Assembly: GCA_032718475.1 (NCBI GenBank)
Contig: JAUCBJ010001257.1
Span: forward strand, 1 to 64,000
DNA length: 64,000 bases
Direction of reading: 5' to 3'
Source of the DNA: Nemertoderma westbladi
Lineage: Eukaryota; Animalia; Xenacoelomorpha
A program made the position numbers and the translations under genes. The notes under the pieces are model-generated. The model was not told the DNA's origin. It worked only from the letters and a program-made list of their open reading frames with translations, and made no database searches. Shown in pieces: positions 35,908-47,800 of the stretch (within the stretch, counting starts at the first letter, position 1; each line of letters opens with the position of its first letter).

Positions 35908-38900
35908 TTAATCCCCAACTGTCTGAAATGAATCAATTCCGGAACCAAACCCCAAATCCCCAAAAAATCCACGTAACAAATATTTATATTTATTATTCAG
36001 TTTGTTACCAAGTTTGGCACTAAATTGATCCTCTATTATCACCTTCGTAATATTAACCGGATGCACGCCGTTACCATGGAGACACCGGCGCACTTCTTCA
36101 ATAATATTATTTAACCGGCGATCCAAAGCCGCGAAATGCGGTTCGGATAAAACCGGCCACAATGGGTCAGATTGCAGCGATTCCTTCATCAAATCCGATA
36201 AGCGGAATCGTCCAGTTTCGAGTAAAAGCAGAATGAAAAGCGTCTTCTTCCTGATAGAACAGCACTGCGTGAGCGGAGCGAGGATGGATATGTCGTGGAA
36301 CGAGTGTCTACCGAATCCGCGACCTTGATCGAGGTGAATCAACGAGGATTTGTTCCCGAAACGGACGAAGTTCTCCACATGGTGTCGGTCCTGGTTCCCC
36401 GTGAGGTAGTCGAAAACCGATAAATCGACGATGTCCAGAAGTCGACGGTGGCCCCGGAAGTGCGGCAACGTACGCAGTTGGAACTCGCAATAATCCACGT
36501 CCAACTGCCACAACGCGAGTGTCAGACGACTGTAGGACCGTCGGTACGGGTGTTTGTAGGTCCGCGTCGGGTATTTACCGGCGCTCGGCAGGTACGCCAT
36601 CATCGATCCTTCGGTCTCATCTGGATGCCCACAAACTGCGAACTCGGTTTTGCAGTAATAGTCGCAATGACCGGTGTAACACAAATTACCTAGAAATTAA
36701 AGACAATCAGGTCATTCTTATCCGTTTGGGCTGATACGTATATAGTTTCGGGTTTGACACGTCATTGTAAAGGCTCACGGAGCACATAATCATAGAAAGA
36801 ATTTCATGAACACTAAATTGTTTAATTATTTCTTTTCCACTTTCGCCATTCTACCAAACTACAACTAATTAATATTTCGCTATTTACTGTAGTGGGATAC
36901 ATTTGTTATAAATATGGAATACGTCACTTCAGAAAGAGGCATCAAAAATTAATTGAAGTGAAAAATTAATGTAAAGTTTCAAGACTCAAACATAATCGCC
37001 TTGGCGGTAATTTTTTAGATTTATTTCTACAAGCCGGATAATGCAGCTGTACAGTACAGTAGCAGTAGTGTAGTGACGCACATAAACCGCAAAGGAAAAA
37101 TGCGATCTTCAGCGCAAATTGGCCACAATTAAATAAAGTTTTATTTATTTATTTTGGTTTGGTTAGAAAACATGTAGGCCTACTCGATAGACGCAACTGT
37201 AACCCGCTCCTCTTCTTTAATGTTTCCAGTTAAATGAAATAAAGTTTCTAAACCCACTAAACACTTTAGTGTTTGTGTCATTATTCTGTGCCGTTAACTC
37301 GGCAAATGGGGCTGTTAAGAAACGCTGATGATAAATCAATCGTTTGTGGATAAGCCATACGTGATTCATTTACCGGAGGATAAATACTGTAGGATAAACT
37401 AGACTTCATTCACTAACCGGCGGGACTTTTAAACACGGTTTTCCTCAAATTTGTATCGCCTAGAGCCTTGATATCCTTGGAGATGTGGAACTTCCTTCCA
37501 ACAACTGGTGGATTCCTTCTGTAGTCCAGAATCCGATCCAAATGGAAGGCGGCGATCTCGGCGTTGTGTCGTTCGAGGTCACAGAAGTAGAAGTGATCCG
37601 GATGTGTTTCTTGTGTCCGGGACATCCGGATCGGTTTCATTAGAGAACGGCCTCCTAAGTATAAATTATCTAACATGTTACTGAGTGTCGGTTAAATACT
37701 TATGTGCGAAAAAATAAAGAAACAAGTGAAAAAAACGGAGCCGCTATAATGGGATATTTGTGAAAAAATATATTTCTTAAGCAACACGTACGAACGTATT
37801 AGGGGGAACAGCGTAACACGTGTTAAAACAATGTGTTACTAAAAAATATATAGCTTCACAAATATTCCTCTAAGGCTCCGTAGAATAGGGCCTAAGTAGT
37901 TTACAGAGTGCGAGTGCCTGCCAGGTATCACGGTGTTAAGTAGGCTCTACTATATTTCATTATCTATAATATAAAGATTGGCAATGTAATGGTGTTGTTT
38001 GTCATCAACAACACCAACTACAATTAATAAGACGACTTATCATTTATTTTGTGTTATAGATTGTTTTTTTTCAATCACACATAAAGACATTCTGGTTCAG
38101 TTGTTACCCATATATTTCAATAACTTTATAGTCATCATGCGCAGAGACGGGGTAAATCTCAGTAAATTAAAATCTCAATTGATTAAGGAACAGTAGTAGG
38201 TTACAGTGGTACATTATTCTAAACAAAACAATAAACTATGGTCAATAGAACAGGTAAGTTTTATTTTTAGCTGTTATTTATATGCGTCGAATTTCCCTTG
38301 GAGTGTTGAATTTTGATTTGAGTCTAAGTCCACTCCTATACGCAAACGGCAATGTATTAATAATTTCTGTCATCTTGAAAAATGAGCGTCAATTTCTAAA
38401 CCAGATAGTTAGTAGAGCATTCAGTACTTTATGTGACATAAAAATAAAAGAATACCAAAATTTTTTGAACTTTTGAATACCAAAAGTGTAACTACTACTG
38501 TATAAAACTTACATTTCGTTTCCGAACTGACGTGGAGGGCAGACACTTACGACTTACCAACAGCCGCCCACTAACTTACCTCCATTATAAGTTTTAGTTG
38601 CGTTCCACCACGTCTGTTAATGACACTCGAAATTTCTGCTGTTGCTAAGTAACGCAAAACATCACTAATAAGAGTAGAATTCCTTTTGTAAAGGAAATTC
38701 TCAGTTATTCCCTTGTGAAACAAATCTATCGGATTTGAAAATCTGGAATTTAATCTGTCACTTCCAATTAGTAAATTCGATTTCCAAGGATCTGGAAAAC
38801 CTGATAAAATATTAAAGTAAGTTTCGAGTTTTCCTGGTTTAATCCACGACGTAATGTTGGTGGATTTCCGAGCTAAATGAACGCTATCTACAACCCACTT

Positions 38901-39095
38901 CGCCAAATTAGCTGTTTCTAGATCTTCTGATTCAGTGGAGGATACCAGTTCAAGGATATTAGTTTGGAGTTGAACTGGAGATATCCGTAAATCGTTGGGA
39001 ACAACAGAGTAAGTTGATTTCAATCTCACGAAAATCATTAAAGAAATAAAAAAGATTGAAACCGATATTGCAGCACGTGTACGGAAGTTAGCCAT
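35908..39095 (-). CDS. FAM20C: Golgi casein kinase FAM20C. Exons 39095-38580, (micro-exon?), 37654-37418, 36689-35908
   Basis: Signal anchor, [11 protein letters not shown]...[69 protein letters not shown]. Splice sites: GAG|GTAAGT at 38580, GCCG|GTTAGT at 37418, TTCTAG|GT at 36689. An alternative upstream ATG lies at 39167. Confidence 0.88.
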
Positions 39096-39410
39096 AGGAG
39101 TAATGTTAGTCCACACGAGAAAACAAATAATCTGACTACGGTAACCCTTTGTAGTTTGGTAATGCATGTATTCAGGTTAACGTTTACCTTATACACACGG
39201 TTGCCTATGTTTGCCGCAGTTATAGTATAGATATAAGTATCACCACAATGAATCGATATGGGATTCAATGCCAAGATTTCCCATTTCAAGCCTTTAATAA
39301 CGCGAAATAATAATTGGTGAAAGCCAAAACTCAGCAGGTTAACCGACTTGAATGTACGCGCTTAAAATGGGAATCTACCATACCCCCAAAAACCAGGCTG
39401 TCATTCCGCC

Positions 39411-42400
39411 AAACCAACACAGCCATGAAACCAACCTACCATTCCCCAAACCAACACAGCCCTCAAACAAACCTACCATTCCCTCAAACCAACACAGCCC
39501 TCAAACAAACCTACCATTCCCTCAAACCAACACAGCCCTCAAACAAACCTACCATTTCCTCAAACCAACACAGCCCTCAAACAAACCTACCATTCCCTCA
39601 AACCAACACAGCCCTCAAACAAACCTACCATTCCCTCAAACCAACACAGCCCTCAAACAAACCTACCATTCCCTCAAACCAACACAGCCCTCAAACAAAC
39701 CTACCATTCCCTCAAACCAACACAGCCCTCAAACAAACCTACCATTCCCTCAAACCAACACAGCCCTCAAACAAACCTACCATTCCCTCAAACCAACACA
39801 GCCCTCAAACAAACCTACCATTCCCTCAAACCAACACAGCCCTCAAACAAACCTACCATTCCCTCAAACCAACACAGCCCTCAAACAAACCTACCATTCC
39901 CTCAAACCAACACAGCCCTCAAACAAACCTACCATTCCCTCAAACCAACACAGCCCTCAAACAAACCTACCATTTCCTCAAACCAACACAGCCCTCAAAC
40001 AAACCTACCATTCCCTCAAACCAACACAGCCCTCAAACAAACCTACCATTCCCTCAAACCAACACAGCCCTCAAACAAACCTACCATTCCCTCAAACCAA
40101 CACAGCCCTCAAACAAACCTACCATTCCCTCAAACCAACACAGCCCTCAAACAAACCTACCATTCCCTCAAACCAACACAGCCCTCAAACAAACCTACCA
40201 TTCCCTCAAACCAACACAGCCCTCAAACAAACCTACCATTCCCTCAAACCAACACAGCCCTCAAACAAACCTACCATTCCCTCAAACCAACACAGCCCTC
40301 AAACAAACCTACCATTCCCTCAAACCAACACAGCCCTCAAACAAACCTACCATTCCCTCAAACCAACACAGCCCTCAAACAAACCTACCATTCCCTCAAA
40401 CCAACACAGCCCTCAAACAAACCTACCATTCCCTCAAACCAACACAGCCCTCAAACAAACCTACCATTCCCTCAAACCAACACAGCCCTCAAACAAACCT
40501 ACCATTCCCTCAAACCAACACAGCCCTCAAACAAACCTACCATTCCCTCAAACCAACACAGCCCTCAAACAACCACCATTCCCTCAAACCAACACAGCCC
40601 TCAAACAAACCTACCATTCCCTCAAACCAACACAGCCCTCAAACAAACCTACCATTCCCTCAAACCAACACAGCCCTCAAACAAACCTACCATTCCCTCA
40701 AACCAACACAGCCCTCAAACAAACCTACCATTCCCTCAAACCAACACAGCCCTCAAACAAACCTACCATTCCCTCAAACCAACACAGCCCTCAAACAAAC
40801 CTACCATTCCCTCAAACCAACACAGCCATCAAACAAACCTACCATTCCCTCAAACCAACACAGCCATCAAACAAACCTACCATTCCCTCAAACCAACACA
40901 GCCATCAAACAAACCTACCATTCCCTCAAACCAACACAGCCCTCAAACAAACCTACCATTCCCTCAAACCAACACAGCCCTCAAACAAACCTACCATTCC
41001 CTCAAACCAACACAGCCCTCAAACAAACCTACCATTCCCTCAAACCAACACAGCCATCAAACAAACCTACCATTCCCTCAAACCAACACAGCCATCAAAC
41101 AAACCTACCATTCCCTCAAACCAACACAGCCATCAAACAAACCTACCATTCCCTCAAACCAACACAGCCCTCAAACAAACCTACCATTCCCTCAAACCAA
41201 CACAGCCCTCAAACAAACCTACCATTCCCTCAAACCAACACAGCCCTCAAACAAACCTACCATTCCCTCAAACCAACACAGCCCTCAAACAAACCTACCA
41301 TTCCCTCAAACCAACACAGCCATCAAACCAACCTACCATTCCCTCAAACCAACACAGCCCTCAAACAAACCTACCATTCCCTCAAACCAACACAGCCCTC
41401 AAACAAACCTACCATTCCCTCAAACCAACACAGCCCTGAAACAAACCTACCATTCCCTCAAACCAACACAGCCATCAAACAAACCTACCATTCCCTCAAA
41501 CCAACACAGCCATCAAACCAACCTACCATTCCCTCAAACCAACACAGCCCTCAAACAAACCTACCATTTCCTCAAACCAACACAGCCCTCAAACAAACCT
41601 ACCATTCCCTCAAACCAACACAGCCATCAAACAAACCTACCATTCCCTCAAACCAACACAGCCATCAAACAAACCTACCATTCCCTCAAACCAACACAGC
41701 CCTCAAACAAACCTACCATTCCCTCAAACCAACACAGCCCTCAAACAAACCTCCAAACCAACACAGCCCTCAAACAAACCTACCATTCCCTCAAACCAAC
41801 ACAGCCATCAAACAAACCTACCATTCCCTCAAACCAACACAGCCATCAAACAAACCTACCATTCCCTCAAACCCACACAGCCCTCAAACAAACCTACCAT
41901 TCCCTCAAACCAACACAGACCTCAAACCAACCCACCATTCCCTCAAACCAACACAGCCATCAAACAAACCTACCATTCCCTCAAACCAACACAGCCATCA
42001 AACAAACCTACCATTCCCTCAAACCAACACAGACCTCAAACCAACCTACCATTCCCTCAAACCAACACAGCCCTCAAACAAACCTACCATTTCCTCAAAC
42101 CAACACAGCCCTCAAACAAACCTACCATTCCCTCAAACCAACACAGCCCTCAAACAAACCTCCAAACCAACACAGCCCTCAAACAAACCTACCATTCCCT
42201 CAAACCAACACAGCCATCAAACAAACCTACCATTCCCTCAAACCAACACAGCCATCAAACAAACCTACCATTCCCTCAAACCCACACAGCCCTCAAACAA
42301 ACCTACCATTCCCTCAAACCAACACAGACCTCAAACCAACCCACCATTCCCTCAAACCAACACAGCCATCAAACAAACCTACCATTCCCTCAAACCAACA

Positions 42401-43190
42401 CAGCCATCAAACAAACCTACCATTCCCTCAAACCAACACAGACCTCAAACCAACCTACCATTCCCTCAAACCAACACAGCCCTCAAACAAACCTACCATT
42501 CCCTCAAACCCACACAGCCCTCAAACAAACCTACCATTCCCTCAAACCAACACAGACCTCAAACCAACCCACCATTCCCTCAAACCAACACAGCCATCAA
42601 ACAAACCTACCATTCCCTCAAACCAACACAGCCATCAAACAAACCTACCATTCCCTCAAACCAACACAGCCATCAAACAAACCTACCATTCCCTCACAGC
42701 CCTCAAACAAACCTACCTTTCCCTCAAACCAACACAGCCCTAAAACAAACCTCCAAACCAACACAGCCCTCAAACAAACCTACCATTCACTCACACCAAC
42801 ACAGCCCTCAAACAAACCTACCATTCCCACAAACCAACACAGACCTCAAACCAACCTCCAAACCAACACAGCCCTCAAACAAACCTACCATTCCCTCAAA
42901 CCAACACAGCCCTCAAACAAACCTCCAAACCAACACAGACCTCAAACCAACCTACCATTCCCTCAAACCAACACAGCCCTCAAACAAACCTACCATTCCC
43001 TCAAACCAACCCAGCCATCAAACCAACCTACCATCCCCTCAAACCAACACAGACCTCAAACAAACCTACCATTCCCTCAAACCAACACAGCCCTCAAACA
43101 AACCTACCATTCCCTCAAACCAACCCAGCCATCAAACCAACCTACCATTCCCTCAAACCAACCCAACACAACCTTCTAACCAGCCCACCA
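39411..43190. repeat. 38-bp C/A-rich tandem array (~99 copies)
   Basis: Unit CAAACCAACACAGCCCTCAAACAAACCTACCATTCCCT, with only one G per unit. Made of two related half-units and degenerating toward the right end. Confidence 0.98.
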
Positions 43191-43509
43191 TTTGTGAAAG
43201 TGTGTTAGAATGGCTGGAAAGCTAGGTAAGAAAAATAAAATAAAATATAATAATTATTATCATTACTTAATACGCTAATTATATATTTTTTTACATTAAA
43301 TTTATATTATTGCAACTAAATTACGTAGCACATTGTTATCGCGGTAGACAGTGTATGTAGGTTCTGGTTTTATAGGGCGGCAATCTGAAATGTTAACCTA
43401 AACGGTGAAGCGAAAATATTTGATATTAACCTAGAGTGTGTAAAGTAACACTGTAAAGTTGCATGCAGCGCAGGTAATAGGTAGGTTGTAACATTATAAG
43501 GAAAACTTA

Positions 43510-43799
43510 AATTTAAAACTTTTACGTTCGAATATACCCCAAAATCGGGAGAAAGGTTGTACTTCTCCCGCAACGCGTAGGTTTGCATTGCGTTGGTTTT
43601 ACTTACCGACGAAAAAGTAAAATATAATATTTTGGTGGAATTTCATAAATTTATTTCATTATGTTGAAAGAACATTGACGTAGAAAAGGTTTCCAAATGA
43701 TTTGAGCAAAATCCATGCGTACATTCAAAAGTTATTGCGACTTACGTGTCTGCAAGGTAAACTCCAAAACGGACTCAATATCCAATATTGGTTTATGTA
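43510..43799. repeat. Dispersed ~300-bp repeat (MITE-like), inverted diverged copy of 53311-53612
   Basis: CGAATATACCCCAAAATCGGGAG...TTTGAGCAAAATCCA...CTCAATATCCAATATTGGTTTATGTA matches the reverse complement of 53311-53612. Confidence 0.75.
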
Positions 43800-44864
43800 T
43801 TCTATCTTATATTAAAGAATTGACCAACAAAAAGTACTAAATTAAGAATAAAATTACGTATTAGGCCTACATGGGGAAAAAACTAGAATATCTTCAATAT
43901 TATAGTGAAAAAAGGTTTGGCATCCGTTAAGTAAACCAATCTGGAATCAAAGGATATCAAATGTCTGGCCCAGAAATAATATATTTTGTCAAGTTACCAA
44001 AATAGTTGTCTCAATTTATATAGATTACTTAAAGCTCTAGTTAAGTAGCGTTATATTGAAACTGATCATTCAACAATTACTTCACCACGTCGTTGTTAAT
44101 TGATATAAAATATTATTCATAATTAATTAACTTAATATGCGCTAATTTACTTTACAATGTTCTCTCTGATCCTCCTTAATATATTTGCAGTAAGTCGCTA
44201 CGTTCGTTCATGTAACAAAGCACTCGGATCAGCAGATTGTAAAGTGTTACTTTACACACAGCTGGTAGGTAAATAAGTTACTTTGTGGATATTATCGTTA
44301 TTTCATTATTTTATCAAAGTAAAATAGTTGCCCAAAACCCGTTTTATACTTACTTACACCTTACTTATACTTATACTTATACTTATAAATAAATTAAATG
44401 AACATAAACTGATGTTGTTAAGTTATTATTGTAACAAAAGCTCGCGGGAGTTGAAAGAGAAATTGGTCTACCTAGTTCCGGGACTCAGCTGCCTGATAGA
44501 CCGTTTCCTAGGTTACAGTAATAGACAAACATTTAGCCAAATGAGAAAGGAAATTCGATTATAGAGTCAAAAGTTGCACACCCAACCCAACCTAAACTGA
44601 CTCGGGCACAACTATTAATATATCTGCACAGTATTGTTAGCCATTAACCAGCATTGGACTGCATAAGCAAACTATTTGTAGCCTAAACTTTACTACTACA
44701 AGGTAGAATAAATAATCCTCGGCTTGTTTCCATGCTGTTTGACAAACCCCTGAGAAAAGCTAATCAATGACAATGTATAAATATAATAGGAGATGGAAGA
44801 ACCCCAGAAAAAAGCTGAAACACAGTTTGTTTGTCGATACGGATATTTAATTAACAACGAGGCG

Positions 44865-47800
44865 TTAATTCATCATCTCGGGACTCGGTATATTCTTATC
44901 GAACACAGATCCCGTGGACTTAAGAATGTCGTTGACGTCCCGACGGAAAATGGCGAGATTTTGCGAGAATTGTTCGCGATTCTTCGTGGATAGATTGTTC
45001 TCGATACCCTGCATCAGAAGATTGAAACAAACATTGAGTTCCTCTGATTTATCGCGTGGTAAGGAATCAATGATGGACTTCTTGAGTTCCTGGAAGTAAC
45101 CCGGCTGTAGTAGTATGCAGCACAACAGCGGCCGAGACATGGAATACTGGTTGCGGCATTCCTCGAAGATAAGAACGCGAAGAACGTTGCCCATAATATC
45201 CTGGAAAATAGTAGAATGCTCGGTTACCAGCGATAGGAACGCGGGGTTTTCCGGGTAGACCACGAACGCGTGGGGCTTCTTCATAGGTTTGGTGAGTCGT
45301 TTAAAGATATACGTGAGTATGTGATCGAGAGCAGAACAACACTCTGTGCAGACTATGGTCTCGAGAGAGGCGAGACCTTCTGAGGCTGTGGTCGTTATGT
45401 AGGCGACTACCTGGGGGTCTAAAGACGCCAAGAACTCTACGTGTTCCTGGGTGAGAACTTCGAGCAAGGAGTAGTAGGACTGGGTTAGCTTAGGGTAGCA
45501 CAACAGGTCCGATCGGTCCACCGACATGAGGAGTTTAACGAACATGTTGAGAGCGTTGTCGAGGGCGGGATCCTCGTACAGTTTAAATATCCCGAAGTTG
45601 AGGTACGAACCGCAAAGGGCGGCCTTCAACGCGTTGAAACAAATGAGGATTCCTTTTAGCTTCGTCGGGTAGATATCCTCTTTGGGGACATCCCGGAAGG
45701 TTAGAAGGCGTTCCGAGTAGCTCACCAGTATCTTACTGCACTCGCGGAAGAGGAGAAGGCCGTGGATGCTGGACTCGAGTTGCAGCCGCTGACTCCGGTT
45801 CATCAGCATCTCGCAGACGAGTTTAAGCGCGGGCGTGGTCACCCGGTAGTCGGCGTACCAACGGCTGATCGCGACGAGGATCAGCGAGGTAAAGTGAGGG
45901 TAGACCCAGTCGAAGAGGAGCCCGTAGGAGAACTTTGTGTTGAAGGAGGTCGCGATGCCCCGCAGGTCGCGGCACAGCCCGACGAACATCCGTTTGGTGA
46001 GGTCCTCGTCGACCGGCTGCACCGCGGACAGACTCAGTTGGTTGCGGACCTGGTTGCAGGCGGCGTCGATGGGCCGGAGGAAGCGTTCGAAGTGATCCTC
46101 CTCGTTGTCCGCCAACTCCACCAGCAGCATCCGCGCCAACGTCGTGTAGAACATCGTCCGACAGCGGAGGTCCGACAGCCCGTTGGCGCCGGAGGCAACC
46201 GACAGGAAGGGGAAGTTGTCGTCCGTGTGGTTGTGCAGTAGGAATTGTACGGCGTCTAGTTTGGTGAGTTTCCGCACGCTGTTGTAGCCGACGGAGAGCT
46301 CGCACAGCAGTTTGAGCGTGTTGTTGATGATGAGTTCGCATTTGGCCCAGAGCTTGAGGTTCGTGATCATCTTGGTTATTAAGACCCCGAGGACCGCCTT
46401 CTCGTCCTCCAACTGAAGGACCTCGGAAAGCCTCCGGTAGATATACGACGTCTTCTGCACCTGAAAACAAAGCGAATAAACAGTAAATTAAATTTACACA
46501 AGAACCACACGGTGGTTACGATATTACTATATATATGTCGTCAGTTGTAAATCGTCAGACTTTATGTTTAATCCCTATGCCTAACAGCCGAAGAAAACTT
46601 TTACTTTTTGTACATCCTGTAATCTTAAATCATGGAAATATTAAACTAATTAGGCTTAACTACCCTATTTAATACAGAGTTAGTAATCTAAAGCCATTTA
46701 TTGGGAAGGAATACTCTACATCATTGGGTTTTGGGTTGGTACAGTACAAGTGGCCTTAGTTTAGGTCTCAAATTGATAAAGACTATAAATAATGGTATGG
46801 GAATGTCAGTGAAACACTTTTATACTACTGTAACACATTCTATGTCAATCTACTTGAAACAAATGAGTTTATTTGATATTATAGGAGTTGGTACAAATGA
46901 AGCTGATGGTGATGAACCAAATTTAGAGATAAAATGATTCGATTTTGGTGAATGAAACAAACATTAAACAACCATTGGAACACTTTCTACCTGCTAACTG
47001 AGTATAAAAACCCTTACACTAGTTCGACCCCTCTCCATATTCCTTAAATGATATCAACATTCAATCAGAATATAGCTCATTAACCAATCCCAGGCGTTAA
47101 TTCAATAAAATGTTCCTACTAGTGTAAGGATTGGGAATACGCGCGTCCGGGAATGCTGTGACTTAACATAGAGACGAGATATTAATTCGCAGAGATGAGA
47201 TTTGCGTCAACCCCCCCCCCCCCCCCCCCCCCCTTTATGAACGGCGATATCTAAATAAAATCAAATTCAATAATTTCCGCTCACCTGCTCCCCAATGTAA
47301 ATCTTGCGGAACTGATCGAAGAACCCCAGATAGGCCAACTCGATATACTCGCTGCCAACAACCGAGACGCCCGCGTCCTGGGGGTTCTGGGACCCGATAA
47401 TAACGGGGCGGCCCCCACCGCCCCCAACGAGTCGCGAATCCGTGAGCTTCATGAGCTGGAGAACGCGGCAGGTGAGATCCCCGTCCATGGAATCGTGGTC
47501 GTCGGAGCTCACGAAGGAGACCCGGCCCCCGACCACGGCCCCGATCATGTGGACCAACCAGGCGAGTTTCATCTCGACGACGACTCGCGAGGCGTCGTCA
47601 GGGGATTCCTCGTACAACCTCGCGAGCGGGTCGAAGAGACTCGCGATGAGGTTGCAGGTCGCCGGGTAGTCGCACCTACCGACGCTGCTCAACTGGTCGA
47701 GTTGCTGCGTCAATGCGCCCCGGTTGCTCAACGGGTTCTCCCCCTTGGCGGAATCCTCGGAAACTAAACTCAACCGCGACGTTATATAGGCTTTAGAGAC

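Noticed and set aside
39314-43225. 1303-aa mucin-like protein gene
   Set aside because: The 38-bp unit is not a multiple of 3 and all + frames give the same peptide. Non-ATG start and no signal peptide. Kept only as a repeat observation.
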